Of a stretch of 64,000 bases of DNA, positions 1 through 10,167 are shown one piece after another. The first letter of the stretch is position 1. Each line of letters begins with the position of its first letter. The stretch is from contig USEX01000001.1 in the NCBI GenBank assembly GCA_900553755.1, positions 29,463 through 93,462 of the forward strand, read 5' to 3'. This DNA is from an uncultured Clostridium sp. (lineage in GTDB: Bacteria; Bacillota; Clostridia; TANB77; CAG-508). The notes beneath the pieces are model-generated. The model was not told the DNA's origin. It saw only the letters and a program-made list of their open reading frames with translations, and searched no databases. Made by a program: the position numbers and the translations under genes.

Positions 1-1957
1 TTTATGTGCCATTCTTAGGCTTATATCTTTTTTATATAATGCAGAATTGGCAAATGAAAATCTTTGTTCAAACATTTCGTTATAGTCTTTAAATGCTTCT
101 GCCAATCCATCTTCTTTAAAGTCAAATCCATCATTGTTATCGATGCTAGGATCAACTAATATTGCAAATTTTAGTCCTGTTTTTTTGCTTTTAAATAATT
201 TATAATATGTAATCGCTTCCTTTATGCTTGAAGTAGCAAATATAGCTGAAAATTTACCATTTCTACTTAATCTTGGATACACATTTAAAATATCATCGAC
301 TACCATTTCTCTATGTTTATCTGTTTGATATTGTGTTTTGGGTAGATAGTCTTCTATTCCTTTTGTATATAATCCGTTTGAATCTTTTGTACCCGCCATC
401 GGTTTGTCCATAAATTCATAATATTTCTTAGCAGTTATTGGGTTTGAAATTGCTTCAGCTTCACTATGACATTTGCATTCGTGTAATGCAACATTTTTTC
501 TTACATCACTATCTTTAAATGTTTTTACTTGATTTACATCAAATCCCAAAACATTTTTATCTCTTATTCCATCTGCTATTGTATATCTATGTAATTCATT
601 TCCAAATATGTCTGTAGTTTCACTGTTTTTCTTTTTATTTTCTTCAAAAATTGGTGTTCCAGTAAATCCAAAGAATACAGCTCTTGGAAAAGTATCTCTT
701 ATTGCTTGATGCATATCTCCAAATTGTGATCTATGACATTCATCAACAATAAATACAATTCTTTTTTTATTTATCTTTTCAATATCAGATTCATTTATAC
801 CTTTTTCGTATCTTATTCTACTCATTTTTTGAATAGATGTAACAATCAAAGTATCTATCGGATTTTTACTTAATAATTTGACTTTTAATTCTTCTGTATC
901 TTCTGTTGATTGAACAATTTCATCTTCGTCTGCAAAACCATTGTAATCTCTTAATGATTGTATTCCTAGTTCAATTCTATCAATTAAGAATATTACTTTG
1001 TCAGCATCTTTTGAGTTTGCAATTAATTGAGCTGATTTAAATGATGTCATTGTTTTTCCTGAACCTGTTGTATGCCAAATATAACCACCTCTTGTATTTG
1101 GGTCATTCCAATCTTTTATTGTTGAAACTTTATCTGATATAGCATTTGCAGCATAATATTGATAACTTCTCATTACTTTTAAACAATTATCTGTATCATC
1201 GGCAACAGTATAAAATCCTATTAATTGATGTGCCATTGGAATTGATAATAAGCTTGAAATTACCTTTTTCCAATCATTTATAGGTTCATTATTAAAATCT
1301 TCCCAGTGAAAATAAAAATCTGAATTAAATTTTCCATCTGGTCCTGGGTTTGCAAAGTAAATCGTTTCTTCTGGATTCATTGCAACAAATATTTGTACTA
1401 ATGAATATATTCCATTAAATATTCCTTCGTGTGCATATTTTTCAATTTGTGTAGATGCTTGTGATATTGGAATATTTGATTTTTTTAATTCTATATGGAA
1501 TACAGGCATACCATTAATAAGCAAGATTAAATCTCCTCGTCTATTATTAAGAATTGGTGATTTTGTATTAAAAATTGGCTGTTCAGCTATTTGATATCTA
1601 CTATCTCCTCCTGCAATTTCATTTCTATCATATATCTTTAAAGATACTTCTTTTCCAAAATGTGCTTTATCATTTGGATTATCTCTTTTTATTGATACAG
1701 TTCTGCCATTTATAAATCCATTTAACTTTAATGGTGTTCTTAATTTTGTAATTTGCTCAACTATTTGTTGCATTTCTGTATCTGTTAAAGGGTATTCATT
1801 TAATCTATCTATTTGTCTATTATTTTCAAATAATATGTTTGCCCAATTTTTTAATAAATCTTTTTCTGTTGGATGATTTAACACTCCATGTTTCCAGCCA
1901 TGCTTTTGTAACTCACTTACAACGGCTTTTTCAAATTCTAATTCATCATCAAATGCC
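1..1957 (-). CDS. hsdR: Type I restriction enzyme R subunit (HsdR), N-terminal part; C-terminus lies beyond the window edge
   Basis: Translated from the sequence (not in the ORF track because it is partial): MAFDDELEFEKAVVSELQKHGWKHGVLNHPTEKDLLKNWANILFENNRQIDRLNEYPL... The ATG is at 1957. The Walker A-like motif TTGSGKTMTSFKSAQLI and the DEAD/DECH box IVFIVDECHRSQFG are present. It lies immediately downstream of hsdS in the same operon. Confidence 0.85.
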
Positions 1958-1975
1958 ATTTTTATCCTCCTTTTA

Positions 1976-3145
1976 TTAAACAAACATCTTTTCAATCAGT
2001 GATTTTTTTACATTTTTCAATTGTTCTAACTTACGTTGATGAAGAGTGATAAGGTTATCTATCTTTGAAATTATATTTCCAATTAAGGATTGTTCTTGCA
2101 AATTATTTGGCATTTTTAGTTCGATTTCCATCATAATATTTGCGTTTAATTTTGCTCTTCCACCACCAACTAATAATGATTCAATATTAGTTTGAGAAAT
2201 TGCATATTTTATAAATTTATTATTGGCTTTTTCTTTTTTTGCTTGTAGTACATGAACATGGTTATTTGCCCAAATATAGCCATTTACATACTGTACTGGA
2301 TAATTTTTCAAATCATTAGCTCCATCTTCTGCAACTAATATAAATTCTCCATTATGTGTATAACCTTTTACATAGTCTTGAATACCATTAGCACCATAAT
2401 AAGGAGTATCCCCTTTTATTCTTAAGTTTGCTGCAACAGGAACTCTTAAATTATCATATCTATCCATAATTTCATTTAGCTTACGCTGTTCCCAAGCTTC
2501 AGTAAATCCTTTAAATCTTATTTCTGGTACATTATTGCCATTTTTAGGAAACATTTTTTCTAATAATGACTTTTTAATGTTTACTAGCTTATCACACTTT
2601 CTCTGATGAAGAGTGATAAGGTTATCTATCTTTTCAAATAATTGTCCAATTTTATGTTGTTCATTATAACTAGGTATTTTTATATTCATTTTTTGTAAAT
2701 CCAAAAATGATAAAACTTTTTGACCTGTACCTGTACAAGTATAAGAAATTTCATGAATAATTTCCTTGCTATGATTAAGTTCTAATGAAATGAAAAATAT
2801 ATCACTATTTTTCCCAGTAAAAACTGGATAAAACTTGCTTATAATGCCTTTATTGCAACGTTTGTTAATATTAAAAGTAAAATCAACTCCATCACTTCTA
2901 TTTCTGTATGTGCAATAATTTAGTGGTAAGATGTTGTACCCTGTAATATCATGATTTTGTATTCTACCAAAATGTTCTTCTTGTAATACAACTCCTTCAC
3001 TTTTAGATGAAGTTAATATTGGTAAATCACATCCAGAATCAACAGTTTCTTTATATTCAGAGATTACTTCATTTAGCTTACGCTGTTCCCAAGCATCTGT
3101 GAATCCTTTAAATCTTATCTTAGGTTTTTGTTCATTTTTTTTCAT
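1976..3145 (-). CDS. hsdS: Type I R-M specificity subunit HsdS (two TRDs)
   Basis: The two-TRD architecture is present, with the conserved HsdS repeat NLITLHQRK occurring twice and KPKIRFKGFTDAWEQRKL / PEIRFKGFTEAWEQRKL at the start of each half. The likely start is the internal Met (MKKNEQKPK...) at 3145, which overlaps the hsdM stop (ATGA-type coupling). The tracked ORF extends to 3181. Confidence 0.85.
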   Translation of the reverse strand: MKKNEQKPKIRFKGFTDAWEQRKLNEVISEYKETVDSGCDLPILTSSKSEGVVLQEEHFGRIQNHDITGYNILPLNYCTYRNRSDGVDFTFNINKRCNKGIISKFYPVFTGKNSDIFFISLELNHSKEIIHEISYTCTGTGQKVLSFLDLQKMNIKIPSYNEQHKIGQLFEKIDNLITLHQRKCDKLVNIKKSLLEKMFPKNGNNVPEIRFKGFTEAWEQRKLNEIMDRYDNLRVPVAANLRIKGDTPYYGANGIQDYVKGYTHNGEFILVAEDGANDLKNYPVQYVNGYIWANNHVHVLQAKKEKANNKFIKYAISQTNIESLLVGGGRAKLNANIMMEIELKMPNNLQEQSLIGNIISKIDNLITLHQRKLEQLKNVKKSLIEKMFV

Positions 3146-3146
3146 T

Positions 3147-5714
3147 CTATATACCTCCCAACAAAGATTTAAATTCTTCAAGACCTTTCATGTCATATTC
3201 ACTACCTGTAAGCTCATCTATCATACTTGATAATTCCTTTTCTTCTTTTTTTATTTGTTTATCAATGTCTATTAACGTTTCACTATATTTGCTTGAAATA
3301 GCTTCAATTTTCTTTACAAGATTAGATATAACTTCATTAGATAAATCATTTAATTTATCTGATAATGTATCAATCCATTTAATTTTTAGTAATTCATTAA
3401 TCTCACTATCAGTTAAATTTTCTATTGCTTTTTTAGAATCATCAATCAATTTCTCGGTCCCATTTTTTACTTCCTTTTTTAAATTTTTCTCTGTCTCTTG
3501 TAATTTATTAACCTTCAATAATATTTCTTCAATTGAGTCTTTTTCTACTTCTATTTTTTCTTTAACAATTTCCTTGGCTCTTATTGCAACTTTTTTAAAA
3601 TCAAATGCAGTATTATCATCGTTTGAAATAGAATCTTTATCATCTTCTTGCACGTTTTCGAACAATTCTTCATACTGGCTAGAAATATCTGATAATTTAT
3701 TGTTTTTATCATTAATACTATCTAATTCATCTTTTAGCTTATATTCTTGTATTAATTCTAATGGTATTATTCTGCCAACCCATCCTTCTTGAATTTCTTC
3801 TTCTTTTCCATTCTTCTTTTTTAAAACCATTTTAGGATCAACTTTCCTTACAGAATCTAATCCTTCAGTTTGAATTATTTCTAAATCTTGTGCAATTTTA
3901 TTCCAAGAATCATCTAATATTTGGAAAGCTTCATAATTATCAATTAAATTATTTGAATCTAGCATATCAAATAATTCTCTGCTTAAATCTTCTTCACCTC
4001 TATTTATATCTATGTTGTTAATATCATCTAACAAGTATTTATTTAAGTGACCGTTATAATTTTTTAATATTTCTTTGTAATTTTCTTTAAATTTAATAAC
4101 TTCATTATTATTGTTTACAATTTCATCAACTTTTTCTGACTTTAATTCGTTATAATCATTATTGATTTTATTAAATAAATCTGCCTTTAGGCTTGGAAAT
4201 GCTTTCCAATATTTATCAAGGCTTTCAAGTTCTATTTCAGGTATTCCACCAAACATTAATGAATAGATATCGTAGCTTTCTTGTTCATCTGAAGAATCCA
4301 CATATCTTGGAATATTTAAGTTATAGTCATTGTTTCTTATTTCATCTCTTGAAACTACCCTTGAATATTTAGCAATATCTTTCCTTTTTATTACTGTATC
4401 AACAATCTTCTTAATATCACACGCTCTTAATTTATTATTTTTTCCTTCTTTTATAAATCCTTTTGATGCATCAATAATTTGAATATCAGTATTTGTTTTA
4501 TTTTTCTTTAAAATCATAATTATTGTTGGAATTCCTGTACCAAAAAAGATATTAGCTGGAAGTCCAATTATACAATCTATATTATTTTTCTCAATAAGGT
4601 TTTTACGTATTTCCCCTTCTTCTCCACCTCTAAACAATACTCCGTGAGGTAAAACAATAGCCATAATTCCATCATCCTTTAAATGATATAAATCATGCAA
4701 AAGAAATGCATAATCTGCTTTTGATTTTGGAGCAAGACCATAATCTTTAAAACGAGCATCTACCTCCATATCTGTAGGATCCCAATTTTGTGAATATGGT
4801 GGATTTGAAACTACTGCATCAACATATAGTGGAGTATATTCATGTTTTTCATCGAAAAATGGCCAGTCTTCTGCTAATGTATCTCCATTTCTTGTAACAA
4901 TATTTTCAGGCAAAATACCACGCATTACTAGATTCATTCTAGTTAAGTTATATGTATTTTGTTTTAATTCTTGTGCAAAATATTTTATTCTGTTTTCACC
5001 TTTTATATATTTAGAAGCTGATTTTCCTATATTTATAAGCAATGAACCAGAGCCTGATGTTGGATCGTAAATTTCAATTTTATCTCTATCTTTTAAATGT
5101 TCTGCAATTATTTCAGACATTAGCAAAGATACTTCATGTGGGGTATAAAATTCTCCCGCTTTTTTACCAGCATTGGCAGCAAAATTTGAAATTAAATATT
5201 CATAAATAAAGCCTAATACATCATAATCTTGCTTTCCATCCATAGGAATATCTTTAATTAAATACAATAAATCACTTATTGCTTTCGTTTGTGACTTACT
5301 ATTATCTCCTAATTTACTTAAGCCAGTTTGTAAAGTATTGAATATTCCTTCAAATACTTTTTTATGATTAGGATTAATTAATCTATCAAAAGCAGAAAGA
5401 CCGTCTCTAACATTTGACACATCAAAGTCTTTACCTTTTTTTATCCATGTACTAAATAAATTGTCATATGCAATGAAATAACCTATACGATTTTTTAATT
5501 GGTCAACAATTCTGGTGTTGGATTCTTGAAGTATTTGCTTTAATTCTTCTTCATCAGAAGCCCCCATAGCTTCCATTTCTTTTACTTCCTTGTTTGACAA
5601 GAATTTATAAAATATAAAACCTAGAATATAATCCTTATATTCATTTGCTTCTATTTTGGAACGCATTTTATTTGCTGATTCCCATATTTTTGATGCTAAT
5701 TGTTGTTTGTTCAT
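3147..5714 (-). CDS. hsdM: Type I R-M N6-adenine DNA methyltransferase HsdM, long form (855 aa) with about 350-aa Lys/Glu/Asp-rich coiled-coil C-terminal extension
   Basis: It has the N-terminal HsdM_N-like region (LASKIWESANKMRS...) and the N6-MTase motif IV VVSNPPYSQNW. The SAM-binding region is YDPTSGSGSLLI. The C-terminal third is low-complexity coiled coil. Confidence 0.85.
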   Translation of the reverse strand: MNKQQLASKIWESANKMRSKIEANEYKDYILGFIFYKFLSNKEVKEMEAMGASDEEELKQILQESNTRIVDQLKNRIGYFIAYDNLFSTWIKKGKDFDVSNVRDGLSAFDRLINPNHKKVFEGIFNTLQTGLSKLGDNSKSQTKAISDLLYLIKDIPMDGKQDYDVLGFIYEYLISNFAANAGKKAGEFYTPHEVSLLMSEIIAEHLKDRDKIEIYDPTSGSGSLLINIGKSASKYIKGENRIKYFAQELKQNTYNLTRMNLVMRGILPENIVTRNGDTLAEDWPFFDEKHEYTPLYVDAVVSNPPYSQNWDPTDMEVDARFKDYGLAPKSKADYAFLLHDLYHLKDDGIMAIVLPHGVLFRGGEEGEIRKNLIEKNNIDCIIGLPANIFFGTGIPTIIMILKKNKTNTDIQIIDASKGFIKEGKNNKLRACDIKKIVDTVIKRKDIAKYSRVVSRDEIRNNDYNLNIPRYVDSSDEQESYDIYSLMFGGIPEIELESLDKYWKAFPSLKADLFNKINNDYNELKSEKVDEIVNNNNEVIKFKENYKEILKNYNGHLNKYLLDDINNIDINRGEEDLSRELFDMLDSNNLIDNYEAFQILDDSWNKIAQDLEIIQTEGLDSVRKVDPKMVLKKKNGKEEEIQEGWVGRIIPLELIQEYKLKDELDSINDKNNKLSDISSQYEELFENVQEDDKDSISNDDNTAFDFKKVAIRAKEIVKEKIEVEKDSIEEILLKVNKLQETEKNLKKEVKNGTEKLIDDSKKAIENLTDSEINELLKIKWIDTLSDKLNDLSNEVISNLVKKIEAISSKYSETLIDIDKQIKKEEKELSSMIDELTGSEYDMKGLEEFKSLLGGI

Positions 5715-5910
5715 TTTCTCTACATTTTAATCAATTGTATAAATTAATAAAAAATTAAATTATTTATTTGATTAAATCCTTTCTTTTATTGTTTTATTGA
5801 TACTAGCAATTCATTTCCTTGTATCATGTATTTTTTTACAAATATCTAGTATATTTTATATCATAAATTCGTTTTTTTAACAACAAAATGCGACAAAAAA
5901 ATAAAAAAAT

Positions 5911-5935
5911 ATCAATGGCAAAACCATTGATATAA
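5911..5935 (-). terminator. Rho-independent terminator after the 101-aa gene
   Basis: Inverted repeat ATATCAATGG-caaaa-CCATTGATAT. On the minus strand it is followed by a T-run. Confidence 0.5.
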
Positions 5936-5944
5936 AAGCGTTTT

Positions 5945-6250
5945 TTAAAAGTTATGTTTACTATTTATCATAGTAATTTTATTTAATAATTCATTATATT
6001 CATCTCTAGTTATATTATCAGGTAGTTTTTTACACTCAGCTTTTTCTTCTTCTGTCATTTCATCATCATAATAATATAATATAACATCTCCATTTAATTG
6101 TTCAAACTCATACTCTGTGTAAATCTTATTTGATAATTTAATACCTAACTTTTCTAATGTTGTTTTTTCCTTATCAGTAAATTCTTTATTTACATCAACA
6201 ACTTCTTTATTAAAGTATCTTTTTTTCCATTTTTTCAAGGTATCATCCAT
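5945..6250 (-). CDS. Hypothetical acidic protein (101 aa), co-transcribed with the receiver-domain gene
   Basis: ORF in the track. It sits 7 nt downstream of the receiver gene on the same strand. Confidence 0.45.
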   Translation of the reverse strand: MDDTLKKWKKRYFNKEVVDVNKEFTDKEKTTLEKLGIKLSNKIYTEYEFEQLNGDVILYYYDDEMTEEEKAECKKLPDNITRDEYNELLNKITMINSKHNF

Positions 6251-6256
6251 AAAAAA

Positions 6257-6748
6257 TTACCTCTTCTTAAATAATTTTTTAAATATACTTTTTCCTTCAG
6301 TATTTTCCTCTTTCTCTTGATGTTTTTCTATTATATCACTTTCATTTGTGCTTTGTAAATACAAGAAGTCACCAATTGCGTATTTCAATTGACTTTCATA
6401 GGAAATTTTACTTATTACTTTAAAAACTCCTAAGTCATACGCTTTCTTATTAAATTCTGCACCAGAATCTCCTGTTACAAGAATAAATTGTGGCTTATGA
6501 GCAATACTAGAATTATTAACGAGTTCAATTACATCTATTCCATTTTTCTCTGGCATTTGATTGTCTGTTATAACTAAATCTGGTTGTAAATTAACAATCA
6601 TTTCATATTCTTCTTGTCCGTTTTTTGCTATTCCTATTACATCGATCTCACTAAAAGATGATGCAACTTTTTTGTGTTGTTCTGCTATAACATTTACATC
6701 ATCTGCAATTACTACTTTTATTTTTCCCATTTTTCTTTCACTTTCCAA
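6257..6748 (-). CDS. Stand-alone response-regulator receiver (CheY-like REC) domain protein, no output domain
   Basis: The REC signature is present: KIKVVIADDVNVIAEQ...DLVITDNQMPEKNGIDVIELV...FILVTG, with the phospho-acceptor Asp in DLVITD. The C-terminal ~40 aa are charged with no recognisable DNA-binding domain. Confidence 0.7.
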   Translation of the reverse strand: MESERKMGKIKVVIADDVNVIAEQHKKVASSFSEIDVIGIAKNGQEEYEMIVNLQPDLVITDNQMPEKNGIDVIELVNNSSIAHKPQFILVTGDSGAEFNKKAYDLGVFKVISKISYESQLKYAIGDFLYLQSTNESDIIEKHQEKEENTEGKSIFKKLFKKR

Positions 6749-6796
6749 TTTATTAAAAATATTATATCAATAAATTTTATAATGTTATGTCGAAAC

Positions 6797-6842
6797 TTGT
6801 CGACAATTCAAATGTAACCTGCTGAGGTTATATTGTAACAAA
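6797..6842. promoter_or_regulatory. Divergent promoter/operator region with two palindromes (TTGTCGACAA; TAACCTgctgAGGTTA)
   Basis: A perfect 10-bp palindrome lies at 6797-6806 and a 6-bp-arm inverted repeat at 6826-6842. Both sit between the divergently transcribed XRE and receiver genes. Confidence 0.35.
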
Positions 6843-6892
6843 AAATTGTTATAAAATCAATATATTCAATAAAAATTTAGAAGGAGATTTTT

Positions 6893-7153
6893 ATGAGTAG
6901 AAGAAATACTAACATTGGTGATAGTCTTAATATTGTGAAAGATAGAATAAGATACTATCGTGAACTTAATAATTATTCATATCAAGCTTTATCAGATAAA
7001 TTGATGCTTCAAGGTATAGATATTCATAAACAGGAAATTTATAAAATTGAAACTGGTAAAAGAACTGTTGTTGATTATGAACTTTGCGGTTTTGCTAAAG
7101 TTTTTGGAATAAAATTAGAAGATTTAGTATCAGACTATATGGATAAAATATAA
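6893..7153 (+). CDS. XRE-family helix-turn-helix transcriptional regulator (86 aa)
   Basis: An HTH_3-like segment YSYQALSDKLMLQGIDIHKQEIYKIETGKRTV is present. The RBS GAAGGAGA lies 8 nt upstream of the ATG. It is one of only three plus-strand genes in the window. Confidence 0.75.
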   Translation: MSRRNTNIGDSLNIVKDRIRYYRELNNYSYQALSDKLMLQGIDIHKQEIYKIETGKRTVVDYELCGFAKVFGIKLEDLVSDYMDKI

Positions 7154-7189
7154 GAACTAGAATTATATAATGCTCTAGTTCTTATATTT

Positions 7190-7612
7190 TTAGTCAAAAA
7201 TTATGCTTTTAAATATATCACTATTTATATCAACTATATCTTTTATATCTATTATTAAATCGTTTTGCATAATAATTTGTCCGTTATAATTGTCTATCTT
7301 TTTAACATTATTTACAATGGTTTCATATTTTCCACCGTCTTTTTTTGTATCAGGTATAAAATATGTTATTTCTACTTTAGGTCTATTTGATAGCATTTCT
7401 TGGATTACTTGAATTTTCATATCCAATATCAATTTTACTTCTTCGTCCAATTCTATTCTTTTGTCTGTAAGTCTAGCTGTTTCTTTAACTTGTCCATCAT
7501 AACCAGTTAATGCTGCAAAAGGTGCAAATTGTGCCGACCTTTGATATAAACTCATTTTGGGATGTTTAGATATTGGTCTTTGTAAATTTATTATATCATC
7601 ATAATTTCTCAT
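7190..7612 (-). CDS. YolD-like protein (partner of UmuC-like Y-family polymerases)
   Basis: It is 140 aa, and its start overlaps the stop of the polymerase gene (ATGA at 7612). The size and position match the B. subtilis yqjW-yqjX / uvrX-yolD arrangement. The motif LYQRSAQFAPFAALTGYD is present. Confidence 0.6.
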   Translation of the reverse strand: MRNYDDIINLQRPISKHPKMSLYQRSAQFAPFAALTGYDGQVKETARLTDKRIELDEEVKLILDMKIQVIQEMLSNRPKVEITYFIPDTKKDGGKYETIVNNVKKIDNYNGQIIMQNDLIIDIKDIVDINSDIFKSIIFD

Positions 7613-9102
7613 TAAGCTTTATGACCTCCTACCTGTTCATTTCTTTCAATTGTTGTTCCTCCATCTTCAAAATTCATTCCTTTTAGAATTGCATTTTTAC
7701 CATATTTTTTCTTTATATCTAAAATTGACCTTTGAAGATTTCTTTCTTTCTTTTCTTCATCATGTTTCTTTTCTAATTCGTGATAATCTGTAAATAAGTC
7801 TATTTGTTCAAATGTATTTTCTTTTTCTGCCTGTTCTTCATTTATAACATTATTGGCTGAAATCGTAATTCTTCTTGTAAGTAAGTTTTTATCTATTATT
7901 CTGTCATATAATTCAAGGATTGCTTCTCCTATTATTTTATTAGAAGAAGTTTTATGGTCTAAATTGATTGTACCATGAGCATGTTTTGGTACACTTCTTC
8001 CATATCTATCAATTGTAACTTCTCCTTTATAATCGATATTGCTATTTGTTAAATTATCTATATCATAGCCAACAGTTAATACTAATTGGTTTGTTACCAT
8101 GTGTTTATCTACTAAATCTAAAACTAATAATTCTGTCATTTCTTTTATTATAAGTTTTGTTTTTTCATAATTGTATGGGCAATGTAATACTTGTCCTGAA
8201 CTTATGCTATTTGTTGTCGGAACATAAGATTTTATACTTTGCATAGTACATGGCTCATATCCCCAAGCATGGTCTATAAGTAGTTCTGCATTGATTCCAA
8301 AAAGCTTAAATAATTTATCTTCATTTTGAATTGAACATCTAGCGACATCTCCCATAGTATGCATATTATTTTGCTCTAGTTTTTTAGCTATTCCCTTTCC
8401 TACTCTCCAAAAATCAGTAAGAGGTTTGTGATTCCATAGTTGTCTTTTATACATTTCTTCATCTAAGCATGCAATTCTAACACCTTGTTTATTTGCCTTT
8501 GCATGTTTTGCAACAATATCCATTGCAATTTTTGCAAGATAAAGGTTAGTTCCTACACCACATGTTGCTGTAATGCCTGTTGTTTCATATACTTCTTGAA
8601 TTACTTTTGTTGCTAATGTACTTGCTTTCATTTGATATGTTTGTAAGTAATGTGTAACATCTATAAATACTTCATCAATAGAATACACATATATGTCATC
8701 TGGAGAAAAATATTTCAAATAAATATTATAGATTTCTGTACTATATTTCATGTATTTATTCATTTGAGGTGGTGCTACAATGTAGTCTAATTCATATTCA
8801 GGATGTTTTTTTAATTCACTATCTTCGTAAGATTTTCCGCTTAATATATGTCCTGGTGCATTAAGTTTTCTATTTGTGTTTACTTCTCTAACTTTTTGAA
8901 TAACCTCAAATAATCTTGCTCTACCTGGTATTCCAAATTGTTTTAGAGATGGACTAACTGCAAGACAAACTGTTTTTTCAGTTCTACTACTATCAGCAAC
9001 TACTAAATTTGTTGTTAGAGGGTCTAATCCTCTTTCTCTACATTCAACTGAAGCATAAAAGCTTTTTAAATCAATTGCAACATATATGTTTTTATTTTGC
9101 AT
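7612..9102 (-). CDS. Y-family (UmuC/DinB/ImpB-like) translesion DNA polymerase
   Basis: The N-terminus IYVAIDLKSFYASVECRERGLDP...LAVSPSLKQFGIPGRARLFE is the ImpB/MucB/SamB catalytic core signature. It is 496 aa, with RBS GGGAGGTGG upstream. Confidence 0.85.
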   Translation of the reverse strand: MQNKNIYVAIDLKSFYASVECRERGLDPLTTNLVVADSSRTEKTVCLAVSPSLKQFGIPGRARLFEVIQKVREVNTNRKLNAPGHILSGKSYEDSELKKHPEYELDYIVAPPQMNKYMKYSTEIYNIYLKYFSPDDIYVYSIDEVFIDVTHYLQTYQMKASTLATKVIQEVYETTGITATCGVGTNLYLAKIAMDIVAKHAKANKQGVRIACLDEEMYKRQLWNHKPLTDFWRVGKGIAKKLEQNNMHTMGDVARCSIQNEDKLFKLFGINAELLIDHAWGYEPCTMQSIKSYVPTTNSISSGQVLHCPYNYEKTKLIIKEMTELLVLDLVDKHMVTNQLVLTVGYDIDNLTNSNIDYKGEVTIDRYGRSVPKHAHGTINLDHKTSSNKIIGEAILELYDRIIDKNLLTRRITISANNVINEEQAEKENTFEQIDLFTDYHELEKKHDEEKKERNLQRSILDIKKKYGKNAILKGMNFEDGGTTIERNEQVGGHKA

Positions 9103-9267
9103 ATTCCACCTCCCTATCTCAATTTTATATGAATTATATCATTTTATTTTGTTGTTGTAAACACTTGTTTGCTAGTAAATATAAAAATTTAGATTAGTTA
9201 TGTTTCAAACTAATCTATTATTCTTTTAGAATAAATATTTATAAGACAACAAATAATCAAGTTTTTT

Positions 9268-9744
9268 CTAAAAGTCGTTTTGCATTTTTTCAAATAAATC
9301 GTAAATTTTTTCTATTTCTATAGGATATACAGAATAACCGTTAATAAAATATTTTTTATTTTCAGCTTCTATATAGAAATCCCAGCATACATCATCTAGG
9401 TTATTAGACGTATATTCTTGATTTGATATTTTGTTCCAATCCGAATTATTGACTATTTCTATAATCTCATTTATGTAATTATTAAATTCAATATTTTTAA
9501 CTTTTAACTTTTCATTTAATTCTTTGAATTTTTCATCTTTAAATGATAAAGTATTATATTCTTTTATAAACTCTTCTGCATTTGGAATATAATTTGGAAT
9601 TACAGAATGACAATATTCAAACTTATATTTACAATCTTGTGCTTTTTTAGATAGTTTATAATATGTTCCTCCGCCGAAGAACAATTGATGATAATATCCT
9701 ATAATCATAGAAACACCTCCAATAAACCACATTATTATTTGCAT
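9268..9744 (-). CDS. Hypothetical protein with N-terminal TM segment (158 aa)
   Basis: ORF with an N-terminal hydrophobic segment WFIGGVSMIIGYY. Confidence 0.4.
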   Translation of the reverse strand: MQIIMWFIGGVSMIIGYYHQLFFGGGTYYKLSKKAQDCKYKFEYCHSVIPNYIPNAEEFIKEYNTLSFKDEKFKELNEKLKVKNIEFNNYINEIIEIVNNSDWNKISNQEYTSNNLDDVCWDFYIEAENKKYFINGYSVYPIEIEKIYDLFEKMQNDF

Positions 9745-9794
9745 TATATCATAAAGAAGTAAATAATTTTCAACTAATTACCTGCTCTATATCC

Positions 9795-10019
9795 TTATAA
9801 ATGATTTTCATTTAAATTTTTATCAAAATATTTTTTACATTTATCACAATAGAAAGTATCTCTGTTAAAGTCAAAACTACACCCCGAAACATATTTTATT
9901 TTGCTTTCTTTAATTTTTTTTAGATTCTTACCAAATAAACTACCAAAAATAACTGATAATTCATTTTTGCAATAAGGACATTTTAAATGTAATAATCCTA
10001 GATTTATTCTATCTTCCAT
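9795..10019 (-). CDS. Small zinc-ribbon protein (CPYC...CDKC)
   Basis: It has two CxxC pairs (CPYCKNEL ... CDKCKKYF) within 74 aa. Confidence 0.4.
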   Translation of the reverse strand: MEDRINLGLLHLKCPYCKNELSVIFGSLFGKNLKKIKESKIKYVSGCSFDFNRDTFYCDKCKKYFDKNLNENHL

Positions 10020-10167
10020 TGTATCTACCTCATAAATTACTTATATAATTTATTATTTTTTATTTTCTTCAGTATTAGCTTTATATAATTCGGTATATTG
10101 ACATTTTTTGAAAATTATTGTCTATAATATTTTTTAATTTGAAACTAGTTATATCTATATCACAAAA

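Noticed and set aside
3190-3792. Plus-strand 200-aa ORF (and similar plus-strand ORFs at 6561-6773, 9009-9197, 12148-13601, 15804-16085, 18755-20206, 20329-21313, 30012-30624, 34018-34374, 36814-39563, 40325-40606, 41268-42261, 43028-44032, 45509-46927, 49095-49697, 51378-52316, 54981-55923, 58669-59796, 61162-62214)
   Set aside because: All lie antisense to well-supported minus-strand genes. They are Ser/Phe/Leu/Ile-rich low-complexity translations, typical of the reverse strand of AT-rich, Lys/Glu-rich coding DNA. They have no RBS and no motifs.
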